DNA of 23,138 nucleotides, from assembly GCA_040901985.1 (NCBI GenBank), contig JBBDYC010000017.1:202140-225277 (forward strand). Reading direction: 5' to 3'. Shown in pieces: positions 10,124-18,604 of the stretch. Positions within the stretch are counted from its first letter, which is position 1. The number at the start of each line of letters is the position of its first letter. Position numbers and translations under genes: made by a program. The notes below the pieces were generated by a model that ran no database searches, had not been told where the DNA came from, and was given only the letters and a program-made list of their open reading frames with translations. The stretch is from Gemmatimonadaceae bacterium. GTDB taxonomy: Bacteria; Gemmatimonadota; Gemmatimonadetes; Gemmatimonadales; Gemmatimonadaceae.

Positions 10124-11539
10124 CTACGGCGTCGGCGCCATCCGCACCTCGATCGTGCGCCATTTGCCGATCCGGAATCGCCAGACGCTCAGCACCGACC
10201 GTGTGATGTGGCCGAGCAGGATTGCCATCCAGATGTCCGCCGATTGCAACGGACGCATTGCCTGTAGCACCGAACAGATGCCCAGCGGCACGACGATCTG
10301 CGAGATGATCGAGATGTAGAGCGGGCCCTTGGTGTCGCCGGTCCCCTGCAGGCCACCGGTGTAGGTGAGCGCCACCGAGACGAAGAGCCCTGACACGCTC
10401 AGCCACCCGAGCAGTTCGCTCCCCAACGCCAGCACCACCGGGTCGTCCATCCCGAAGAGTCCGAGCAGGAAGCGCGGAATGGTGAGGAAGAGCGCCCCGA
10501 CGAAGAGCGCGATGTAGACCCCGTAGGTTGCCGCCGTGTGCACCGCCCGCACGCTCCGCTCCGGCTTTCCCGCGCCAAGATTCTGGCCGGCCACCGCGGC
10601 CACCGCCCCCATCAGGCCCACCGAGGTCCAGGTGATGAAGGAGAAGAGTTCCGTGTAGCCGATCGCGAATGCCGCCTGCGCGGCCGCGCTGTCGGCGAGC
10701 GACCCGATGAACCGCAGCAGGAAGACGCCCGCAATGTTCATCGCGATTCCCTGGAGTCCCGCCGGCAACCCGAAGCGGAAGAGCTCGCGAATCGTCGTCC
10801 AGTCCGGGCGCAGCGACATTCCCCGGTGCCAGTGGACCACCATCCGGCCCGACATCAGCAGCCAGAGCCCGACCGCACCGGTGATCACGCCGGCGAGCAG
10901 CGTACCGAGCGCAGCGCCCATCGTCCCGAATGCCGGGATCGGCCCCAGCCCGCGGATCAGGATGACGTTGAAGATCACATTGAGCACGGTCATCGCCACG
11001 CCGAGCTGAAGCGGCGTCTTGGCATCGCCGGCCGACCGCAGCGCACCGCTGAGCATGAAGAAGAGGAGCATCCCGATGCTCCCGATGAACATCGTCCGCA
11101 GGTACGGCAGCGCCTCCCGCTGCACCTCCGGCGCCGCGTTCACGAAGTCGAGCAGCGACGGCGCGAGCACCCAGCCGAGCGGCGCCAGCACGCCAATCGA
11201 GAGCACCAGGGTGGTGAGGAACGACTGGTACACGGTGTGGTTCACGCGCTCGGCGTTGCCCGCCCCGGCGAATCGCGCGACGAGCACCCCCATCCCGGCG
11301 TAGACGGACATCACGAAGACCACCACGACGAGGAAGATCTGGAGCGAGACGCCGACGGCCGCGTTCGCGGCGTGACCCACGAAGCGACCGACCATCGCGT
11401 GGTCCACGATCCCCTGCAGCCCGCCGATCACGTTCTGCAGTACCGTCGGCCAGGCGAGCCGCCAGACCGCGCGCGGAATCGGGCCCTCGACGATCGAGCG
11501 ATCGAAGGGCTTGCCGGACTGGGGCTTGGGCGCGGTCAT
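10124..11539 (-). CDS. MATE family efflux transporter / flippase
   Basis: Motifs RLAWP...N......VD.AMVG, LVARF.GAG, GALR..GD.KTP, N...N..LI.G, GQNLGAGKPER and GGLQG.GDTK.P. About 12 hydrophobic segments. Confidence 0.93.
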   Translation of the reverse strand: MTAPKPQSGKPFDRSIVEGPIPRAVWRLAWPTVLQNVIGGLQGIVDHAMVGRFVGHAANAAVGVSLQIFLVVVVFVMSVYAGMGVLVARFAGAGNAERVNHTVYQSFLTTLVLSIGVLAPLGWVLAPSLLDFVNAAPEVQREALPYLRTMFIGSIGMLLFFMLSGALRSAGDAKTPLQLGVAMTVLNVIFNVILIRGLGPIPAFGTMGAALGTLLAGVITGAVGLWLLMSGRMVVHWHRGMSLRPDWTTIRELFRFGLPAGLQGIAMNIAGVFLLRFIGSLADSAAAQAAFAIGYTELFSFITWTSVGLMGAVAAVAGQNLGAGKPERSVRAVHTAATYGVYIALFVGALFLTIPRFLLGLFGMDDPVVLALGSELLGWLSVSGLFVSVALTYTGGLQGTGDTKGPLYISIISQIVVPLGICSVLQAMRPLQSADIWMAILLGHITRSVLSVWRFRIGKWRTIEVRMAPTP

Positions 11540-11658
11540 CGAAAGGAGGCGAGGCGGTCAGGGAAAGTAGCGAGGGGAACACCCGCCGGTGGTGGACAGG
11601 GCCGGATGGCCCCACGTTATGGCCGTCACGGTCACAGACATTCCCACCGGAGCCCCTC

Positions 11659-13617
11659 GTGTCCAAGTACCTACTCTGGCTTGCCCTGCTCCTGCCACTG
11701 AGCGATGCGTTCGCCCTTCAGGGCGGACGCGCCCTTCGATGGTCGGAGCTCGAGGTCACCGCGCACCTCGATTCCGCAGGCCGGCTCGCCGTGACCGAAC
11801 GCCAGGTGCTGGTCGTGTCGGGGGACTGGAACGGCCCCGAGCGTGTCTTCCGCGTGGGTGGCGGGCAGACGCACTTCCTGCGCCGCATCACGCGCATCAA
11901 TCCGCCCACCGGCGCCGCGCGCGACCTCGCCGAGGGCGACCTCTCGCGGGTGGACCAGTACCGCTGGTTCGACGGCAATACGCTCCGCTGGCGCAGCCGG
12001 CTGCCGTCGGATCGCCGCTACAGCAACGACACGCTCGTGTACGTCCTTGAGTACGGCTACGAGGGGATCCTCGTCCCGCGCCCGCTGCGCGACGGGTCTG
12101 ACGGCACCGAGTACCTGCTCGACCACGACTTCGCATTCACCGATCGGTTCGACGACATCGAGCGCTACACGCTGCGGCTGACGCTCGACCCGGCCTGGTC
12201 CGCGCCGCCGGAATTCCGCGGAGAGTGGAGGGCCGGGCCGCTGCACCCGGGCGTGGGATTCGTCGTCACGGTCCCGTTGCGCTTCACCGCCGCCGGCCGA
12301 CCGGGCGGCGTCATCTTCGGCGCTGCCGACCAGGTGCGCCGCGCAATCCTCACGGCGCTCCTCGCGGCGATCGTGCTGCTCCTCGCTCGGCTCGTCGTCC
12401 GGGAGAGTCGGCTCGGTCGCTTTGCGCCGATCCCCTTGCAGTCCGAGATCACGCGCGACTGGCTCGACCGGCACGTCTTCAGTCTCGCCCCCGAGGTCGT
12501 CGGCGCCGCGTGGGACGACACCACCGCAGCGAGCGAGGTCGCGGCCACGCTGGCCCGCCTCGTGGCCGACGGGCAGCTCGCCAGCGAAGTGAAGGTCAAG
12601 AAGATCTGGAAGTTCAAGCAGGAGATTCTGCACCTGCGCCTGCTGGTGCCGCGCAGCGAGCTCAGCGGCCACGACCGCGCCTTGGTGGATGCGCTCTTCA
12701 GCCCGGGCTCCGAGCACACTTCCACCGTGGACGTCCGCAAGCGTTACAAGTCCACCGGCTTCGATCCCGCCGCACTGATCGCGCCGTCAATCAAGCAGGT
12801 CATGGACCTCGGCGGCACGACCGGCCGGCCGCTCCCAGCGCCGTCTGCGAAGCCGACGATGCTGCTCCTCGTGGTGGCCGTCGCGCTCTTCGTGACTGGC
12901 GCGGTGAGGCGGCCGTACGACGCCAGCTTCGTGATTGTCGCCGGGATCGCCACGCTCGGGTACCTCTTCACCGCCATCCAGGCACGTGTCTGGCGGAGGC
13001 GCGTGGTGCACCCGGGACCGCACCTCCTTCGGATCCTCATCCCGATTGCAGTCGGCTACTATCTCTTCGCGGACCTCGTGACCGACCCATACACGCGCGT
13101 CGGCGCGCTGGTGATGGTTGGCGTCGCCCTCTGGTGCCTTGCGCTCGTGAACAGCGTGTTCAACATCGCCGCCTCGCGCCACGACGCCGAGCGGATCATA
13201 CTCCGCAAGCGACTCGCCGCCGCCCGCGCGTTCTTTCGCCGCCAGCTCCGGGAGCCCACGCCCAACTTGCAGGACGCCTGGTTCCCGTGGATCATCGGCT
13301 TTGGGCTCGGCCGCCACATTGACCGCTGGTTTCGCGCCTTCGGCGGGGCCGCGAGCGAGTCGTTTCACACGCGCGCCACCTCCTCCGGCGCCGGGCACGG
13401 CGGGGGCGGCGCGAGCGGCGGGAGCGGGTGGTCGGGCTTCGGCGGCGGGGGCGGATTCTCGGGCGGCGGCTCGAGCGCGTCGTTCGCCGCTGCGGTCGGC
13501 GGAATGGCGGCGGCAGTCGCCGCACCGAGCAGCTCCGGATCCGGAGGAGGCGGCGGAGGCGGCGGGGGCGGCGGGGGCGGCGGCAGCTCCGGCGGTGGGG
13601 GCGGCGGCGGATGGTGA
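11659..13617 (+). CDS. DUF2207-like membrane protein with Gly/Ser-rich C-terminal tail
   Basis: Signal peptide, V.AHLD..G.L.VTE.Q extracellular domain, several TM helices, ATLARLV..G.L, FPW.IGFGL and the terminal GGG.SGGGGGGGW. GTG start after GGAG. Confidence 0.75.
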   Translation: MSKYLLWLALLLPLSDAFALQGGRALRWSELEVTAHLDSAGRLAVTERQVLVVSGDWNGPERVFRVGGGQTHFLRRITRINPPTGAARDLAEGDLSRVDQYRWFDGNTLRWRSRLPSDRRYSNDTLVYVLEYGYEGILVPRPLRDGSDGTEYLLDHDFAFTDRFDDIERYTLRLTLDPAWSAPPEFRGEWRAGPLHPGVGFVVTVPLRFTAAGRPGGVIFGAADQVRRAILTALLAAIVLLLARLVVRESRLGRFAPIPLQSEITRDWLDRHVFSLAPEVVGAAWDDTTAASEVAATLARLVADGQLASEVKVKKIWKFKQEILHLRLLVPRSELSGHDRALVDALFSPGSEHTSTVDVRKRYKSTGFDPAALIAPSIKQVMDLGGTTGRPLPAPSAKPTMLLLVVAVALFVTGAVRRPYDASFVIVAGIATLGYLFTAIQARVWRRRVVHPGPHLLRILIPIAVGYYLFADLVTDPYTRVGALVMVGVALWCLALVNSVFNIAASRHDAERIILRKRLAAARAFFRRQLREPTPNLQDAWFPWIIGFGLGRHIDRWFRAFGGAASESFHTRATSSGAGHGGGGASGGSGWSGFGGGGGFSGGGSSASFAAAVGGMAAAVAAPSSSGSGGGGGGGGGGGGGGSSGGGGGGGW

Positions 13618-13665
13618 GCGCGCTGGCCAATCCGCGCTCGGTCCCGCGGAGCGCCCGTCGGTGCC

Positions 13666-14145
13666 TTACAGCGCGTCCAGGCCCATCGCGCCTACCGTCC
13701 CGCTGCCATTGACCGCGCGGCGATGGTAGTCGAGCTGGCCGAGGTGGTACGCCAGATGCGCCAGCAGATGAAGCAGTGCGCGCCCGGTCGAGAGCTTGCG
13801 TCCGGCAATCACCACCGGGAACTCCTCGGCCAGTCGCTGCGGCGCGAGTGAGGCCAGCGTGCGGTCCACCACGTCGGCGGTTTGCGCGACCTGCGCGCCG
13901 AGTTCGGCGCGTGTGAGGTCACGCCGCCCGAACTCCCCGTCGCGGTCGCGCACGAAGTCGCTCCCGCCGAGCACCGTGCCGATGAAGTGCTGCAGGTTGC
14001 CGACGAGGTGCAGTGCCAGCGTCCCGCCCGGGTTCGTCGTGCCCTCCAGCGGCTCCCAAAGCGCCGCGTCGGTGGTGTAGGCGGCGACCTCACGTCCGAT
14101 CGTGGCGATGTCGCGTGAGTAGATGGCGCGCAGGTCAGCGAGCAT
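13666..14145 (-). CDS. DinB/DUF1572 family protein
   Basis: Motifs TN.GGTLALHL.GNL.HFIG..LG...FVRDRD.EF and HL.AHL.YHLGQ.DYHRR. The ATG at 14145 overlaps the FKBP gene end. Confidence 0.85.
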   Translation of the reverse strand: MLADLRAIYSRDIATIGREVAAYTTDAALWEPLEGTTNPGGTLALHLVGNLQHFIGTVLGGSDFVRDRDGEFGRRDLTRAELGAQVAQTADVVDRTLASLAPQRLAEEFPVVIAGRKLSTGRALLHLLAHLAYHLGQLDYHRRAVNGSGTVGAMGLDAL

Positions 14146-14623
14146 TCTCGACACTCTCCAGCCGCACCAACATCACGAGCACGGCGTGTGGGGGAATCGG
14201 TCCGGCGCCCTGTGCGCCATAGCCGAGCTCCGGCGGCACGACGAGCTGTCGCGCACCGCCGACCCGCATCCCGCGAATTCCAGCGTCGAGCGCGCGGATC
14301 ACCCGTCCCTCGCCAATCCGAAAACTCACCGGTGCGTCACGGTCGGCGCGATCAACCTCGCGCCCATCGGCCAGCCGTACGACGTACGAGATCCGGACCG
14401 TCCGGCCGCCGGCCGCCTCTACGCCCGCCCCGACTTCCACGTCTCTATAGAAGTAGCCGGGACTGGCCCAGGTCATCTCGGAGAGGGCAACCCCGGCGTC
14501 GGCGCCAAAGGTCGTGCGCTCGAGCGCGGTCTGGCGCGACGCACAGGCCGCGACTCCGGCGAGGAGGAGCCCGGCGAGGAGCCCGGCGAGGACGAAGGCA
14601 GTGGTGAGAACGCGATGCTGCAT
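14135..14623 (-). CDS. FKBP-type peptidyl-prolyl cis-trans isomerase (probable lipoprotein)
   Basis: Motifs YRD..VG.G, V...Y...L.DG, F.IG.GRVI, GMRVGG.R.L.VPPELGYG and IPP.A.L. Lipobox-like VAAC. Confidence 0.9.
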   Translation of the reverse strand: MQHRVLTTAFVLAGLLAGLLLAGVAACASRQTALERTTFGADAGVALSEMTWASPGYFYRDVEVGAGVEAAGGRTVRISYVVRLADGREVDRADRDAPVSFRIGEGRVIRALDAGIRGMRVGGARQLVVPPELGYGAQGAGPIPPHAVLVMLVRLESVENAR

Positions 14624-14653
14624 CGGTGGTCGTCGGGACGGAGTCGGCCCAGT

Positions 14654-16018
14654 TCAGTACTTCGCCAAGTATCGGTCCAACTCCCAGCTCGAGACCTGCG
14701 AGATGTACTCGCGCCACTCGGCGCGCTTGGCCGCGAGGAAGTGCTCGGTGATGTGCGCACCGAGCGCATCCGTCATCTCGGCGTCCTTCTCCAGCTCGTC
14801 GCAGGCCTCGTTCAGGTCGTGCGGCAGGTCGTCAATCCGCAGCCGGCGGCGCTCGCGATGGCTCATCTCCCAGATGTTCTCGTTCACCGGCTCGCGGCTC
14901 GTCGCCTCGGTCTCGACGCCATCGAGACCGGCGGCGAGCATCACCGCCAGCGCGAGGTACGGATTGGCCGCCGGATCGGGCGAGCGCAACTCGACGCGCG
15001 TGCCGGTGCCGCGCCGCTCCGGCACCCGGATCAACGGCGACCGATTCTTCATTGACCAGGCCACGTTCACCGGCGCCTCATAGCCCGGCACCAACCGCTT
15101 GTACGAGTTCACCAGCGGATTTGTGATCGCGCACATCCCGCGGGCGTGCTTCAGCAGCCCACCGATGTAGTGATGCGCCGTGGACGAGAGCTCGAACTCC
15201 CCCTTTGCATCGTAGAAGGCGTTCTCCCCGCCGCGGAAGAGCGACTGGTGCGTGTGCATCCCGCTCCCGTTCTGCCCGAAGATCGGCTTCGGCATGAAGC
15301 TCGCCACGAGGCCGAACTGCTGTGCGACGTGCTTCACCACGAACCGGAAGGTCGCGATGTTGTCGGCCGTGGTGAGCGCGTCGGCATAGCGGAAGTCAAT
15401 CTCGTGCTGGCCGTGCGCCACCTCGTGATGCGCCGCCTCGACCTCGAAGCCGAGCTGCTCGAGCACGGCCACGATCGCCCGCCGCGCGTCCTCGCCGCGG
15501 TCCATCGGCGCGAGGTCGAAGTAGCCGCCCACGTCGTGCGTCAGCGTCGCCGCCCCGCCATCGGCAGCCGGCCGGAACAGGAAGAACTCCGCCTCCATCC
15601 CGGCATTCATCACGAACCCCTGCTTCTTGGCGCGCGCCACCTGTCGCTTGAGCACCTGCCGCGGGTCGCCCGCAAACGCCGCGCCGTCCGGACTCACCAC
15701 GTCGCAAATCACGCGGGCCACGCGCTGCGCCGGGTCGCCCCACGGAAAGACCCGGAAGGTCGTGAAGTCGGGACGCAGCAGCATATCCGACTCCTCCACC
15801 CGGACGAACCCCTGGATGCTCGACCCGTCGAAGAGGATGTCCCCCGCCAATGCCTTGCCGAACTGCGACGCCGGCACCTCCACGTTCTTGTTGATGCCGA
15901 GGATGTCGGTGAACTGCAACCGCAGGAACCGCACGTTCTGCGATTCCGTCAGCGCGAGAATGTCCTTCGCGCTCGCGTGGGCGAGATCGGTCGGGATCGG
16001 GTCGGGCTTGGTGGCCAT
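14654..16018 (-). CDS. glnA: Glutamine synthetase type I (alpha-like)
   Basis: Motifs RLQFTDILG..KNVE, FDGSSIQGFVRVEESDM, GMEAEFF, HHEVA.GQHEIDF, FMPKP..G.NGSGMH, NSYKRLVPGYEAP and RVELRSPD. It is 454 aa from the ATG at 16018. Confidence 0.95.
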   Translation of the reverse strand: MATKPDPIPTDLAHASAKDILALTESQNVRFLRLQFTDILGINKNVEVPASQFGKALAGDILFDGSSIQGFVRVEESDMLLRPDFTTFRVFPWGDPAQRVARVICDVVSPDGAAFAGDPRQVLKRQVARAKKQGFVMNAGMEAEFFLFRPAADGGAATLTHDVGGYFDLAPMDRGEDARRAIVAVLEQLGFEVEAAHHEVAHGQHEIDFRYADALTTADNIATFRFVVKHVAQQFGLVASFMPKPIFGQNGSGMHTHQSLFRGGENAFYDAKGEFELSSTAHHYIGGLLKHARGMCAITNPLVNSYKRLVPGYEAPVNVAWSMKNRSPLIRVPERRGTGTRVELRSPDPAANPYLALAVMLAAGLDGVETEATSREPVNENIWEMSHRERRRLRIDDLPHDLNEACDELEKDAEMTDALGAHITEHFLAAKRAEWREYISQVSSWELDRYLAKY

Positions 16019-16111
16019 AGCGGGGAATATCGGCCCCGTCACCGGGGTCGCGCCATTGGCGGGGCGCGGCTGATTAGTTTTGGGCTGAGTCCGCATCCCA
16101 CCAGGACCATC

Positions 16112-16954
16112 GTGCCCACCACCCGAACGATCCACGTCTCGCACTCGCCCGACAGCGACGACGCCTTTATGTTTTACGGCCTCGCCGCCGGCAAGGTGGA
16201 CACCGAGGGCCTGCGCTACGTCCACGAGTTGCAGGACATCGAGTCACTGAACCAGCGCGCGCTGCGCGGGGAACTCGAGGTCACGGCGGTCTCCATTCAC
16301 GCCTACGCGGCGATGGCCGATCGCTACGCGCTCCTGCCGAGCGGTGCGTCAATGGGCGACCGATACGGCCCGCGGCTCGTCAGCCGCACGCCGGCCACGC
16401 GCGCCGATGTCAAGGGAAAACGCATCGCGATACCCGGCCTCAAGACCAGCGCGTATCTCGCGATGCGGCTCTATGAGCCCGACTTTGAGGCCGTCGTCGT
16501 CCCGTTCGATGAAATCGAGCGGGCAGTAGCCGAGCACAAGGTGGATCTCGGACTCCTGATCCACGAAGGGCAATTGACCTACGCCGACTCCGGCCTGCAC
16601 CTGGTCGTGGACCTCGGAGAGTGGTGGTTTTCCGAGACCGGATTGCCGCTGCCGCTCGGTGGAAACGTCGTCAGGAAGGACTTCGGCGAGGCTATGATGA
16701 AGCAAATTGCGCGACACCTTCACGCCAGCATCGCGTATTCATTGAGCCATAGAGAGGAGGCGCTTGATCACGCGATGCAGTACGCCCGCGGCCTTGATCG
16801 CTCAAAGGCGGACACGTTCGTGGGTATGTACGTGAACGATTGGACGCTCGACTATGGACCGCGAGGCCGCGAGGCGATCCGGCAGTTCCTCGCCCGCGGG
16901 GAGGCGGCGGGATTCCTCCCTGGCCCGGTCGTCGTGGAATTCGTTGACGCCTGA
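16112..16954 (+). CDS. mqnD: 1,4-dihydroxy-6-naphthoate synthase (futalosine menaquinone pathway, MqnA/MqnD family)
   Basis: Motifs HSPDSDDAFMFY, DIESLN, GASMG..YGP, IAIPG..TSA, LLIHEGQLTY, W...TGLPLPLGG and MYVN..T.DYG. The start is the GTG at 16112 after AGGA. The longer ORF in the track is antisense overlap with glnA. Confidence 0.85.
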   Translation: MPTTRTIHVSHSPDSDDAFMFYGLAAGKVDTEGLRYVHELQDIESLNQRALRGELEVTAVSIHAYAAMADRYALLPSGASMGDRYGPRLVSRTPATRADVKGKRIAIPGLKTSAYLAMRLYEPDFEAVVVPFDEIERAVAEHKVDLGLLIHEGQLTYADSGLHLVVDLGEWWFSETGLPLPLGGNVVRKDFGEAMMKQIARHLHASIAYSLSHREEALDHAMQYARGLDRSKADTFVGMYVNDWTLDYGPRGREAIRQFLARGEAAGFLPGPVVVEFVDA

Positions 16955-17007
16955 GTGCAACTTGTGTCGGGACCGTTGGTAGGCCACGCGACACTTTTCC
17001 ACGCGCC

Positions 17008-18123
17008 ATGACCGAGCCTCGCACGATCAAGCCGGGACGTCTCACGAAAGCTGTGCGTGCCGCAGCCGAGCCGTCGGCGCGCCATGTCCTCGTGGTGGAC
17101 GACGAGGAGGCGATCCGCAGCGCACTCGCCCGCTTCCTGCGGGCGCGCGGATTTGACGTCACCACCGCCGAGTCCGGTGCGGCGGCACTCGACGCGCTGC
17201 CCACCGAAAAGTTCGTCGCGATGCTCTGCGACATCCGGATGCCGGGCATGTCCGGGCTCGAGCTCGTGCCGGTGGCGTTGGGGCACGATCCGGATATGGC
17301 GATCATCATGCTGACGGCCGTGAACGACGCGCCCACCGCCACCGAGGCGCTCGCGCTCGGCGCAATGGATTACATGATGAAGCCGGTCGAGCTCGGCGAC
17401 CTCGCCGCGGCGGTCGAGCGCGCGCTCCACAAGCGCGCCCTCTCCATCGAGCAGCGCAAGGTCGAGCGGCTCATCCGCGAGGAGGTCGCCGCCCAGACCG
17501 AGGAGCTGCGCCAGGAGCGCGAGCTGCTCCACTCGATGGTCGTGGACGTCGTGAAGGCACTCGTCCGCGTGCAGGAGACCAAGAACTCCTTCCTCAGCGG
17601 CCACTCCGACCGCGTAGCCGACCTCGCCGCCTCGATCGCCTCGGCCCTCGGACTGTCGGACGATGAGGTCGAGGACCTGCGCATCGCCGGCCGCGTGATG
17701 GACGTCGGCAAGATCGGCATCCGCGAGGAAGTGCTGAACAAGCCGGGCGCGCTCTCGGCCGAGGAGTTCCAGCACGTGAAGAGCCACGTGCAAGTGGGCC
17801 TCGAGATCCTCTCGCAGATCAAGCCGCTCGCCGGGGTGTTGCCGTCGGTCGCCCATCACCACGAGCATTGGGACGGGTCCGGGTACCCGAACGGCATCGC
17901 GGGAGAGGCGATTGCGATGGGCGGTCGTATCCTCACCGCCGCCGACACCTATGACGCGCTGACTTCCCGGCGCGCCTGGCGCGAACCGATGTCCCCGCCG
18001 GACGCGCTCGCCTTCCTCGAGGAGCGGTCGGGAACGCTGCTCGACCCGAAGGTCTTCACCGCACTCCGCGGCGTCGTCACGCGACGCAAGTCGCTCCACT
18101 TCCTCGATCCCACGAAGGACTGA
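17008..18123 (+). CDS. Response regulator: REC + HD-GYP domain (HD motif replaced by MD)
   Basis: REC motifs VLVVDDE, CDIRMPG, MLTA and MKP. HD-GYP motifs GHSDRV, MDVGKIG, LNKPG.L, HHHEHWDGSGYP.G, RIL..AD.YDALTS and LDP.V. Confidence 0.9.
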   Translation: MTEPRTIKPGRLTKAVRAAAEPSARHVLVVDDEEAIRSALARFLRARGFDVTTAESGAAALDALPTEKFVAMLCDIRMPGMSGLELVPVALGHDPDMAIIMLTAVNDAPTATEALALGAMDYMMKPVELGDLAAAVERALHKRALSIEQRKVERLIREEVAAQTEELRQERELLHSMVVDVVKALVRVQETKNSFLSGHSDRVADLAASIASALGLSDDEVEDLRIAGRVMDVGKIGIREEVLNKPGALSAEEFQHVKSHVQVGLEILSQIKPLAGVLPSVAHHHEHWDGSGYPNGIAGEAIAMGGRILTAADTYDALTSRRAWREPMSPPDALAFLEERSGTLLDPKVFTALRGVVTRRKSLHFLDPTKD

Positions 18124-18142
18124 CCGGGACCTCCCCGGCGAC

Positions 18143-18536
18143 GTGCTCTCGCTCTGGGTCACCGGCGGCACGCTCAACGTGATGTCAATGATTGGCCGCC
18201 GCCGGCCGGCCGCGCACTGCGGCGATCCTCAAGGCGGGGCGGATCCGGCTGCGGCCGATCATCATGACGACGGCGGCGATGATTTTCGGGATGCTCCCGC
18301 TCGCGCTGACGCTCGGCGAGGGGGCTGAACAACGCTCGCCGATGGCCCACGCCGTGATCGGCGGCCTCATCACCTCCACCCTGTTGACGCTCTTCGTGGT
18401 CCCGGCGGTCTACACGCTGTTGGACGACGTGGCGGTCCGGTTCGCCGCGCGGCGCCGGACCCGCGCCGCGGCGGTGGCCGGCCCGCCCGCCGACGCTCCG
18501 GCGCTCGCACGCGGGCGTGCCGGGAACCCCGCTTGA
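18143..18536 (+). pseudogene. Remnant of the C-terminus of an AcrB/AcrD/AcrF-family RND transporter
   Basis: One frame reads [19 protein letters not shown] second frame continues [65 protein letters not shown]. The rest of the roughly 1000 aa protein is absent. Confidence 0.85.
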
Positions 18537-18599
18537 CGCGGGGGGGTCGTCCAGTGTATTCAGCGGTCTAACGCAGGGCGTTCCAATCGAACAGGGAGG
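18533..18599 (+). promoter_or_regulatory. Putative promoter and strong RBS of the histone-like gene
   Basis: TTGACG (18533-18538)-N16-TGTATT (18555-18560), with AGGGAGG just upstream of the ATG at 18605. Confidence 0.4.
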
Positions 18600-18604
18600 C
18601 GACC

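Noticed and set aside
13380..13617. GGC-rich tract as a DNA repeat element or G-quadruplex system
   Set aside because: It is explained by the Gly/Ser-rich tail typical of DUF2207-like proteins.
15146..16111. 602 aa ORF as an N-terminally extended MqnD
   Set aside because: The extension is the antisense shadow of glnA. MqnD similarity begins only at the GTG at 16112.
16955..17007. Possible c-di-GMP riboswitch or terminator upstream of the HD-GYP gene (GTGTCG...CGACAC-TTTT)
   Set aside because: The spacer is only 53 nt, the stem is 6 bp with a long loop, and no riboswitch consensus is recognisable.
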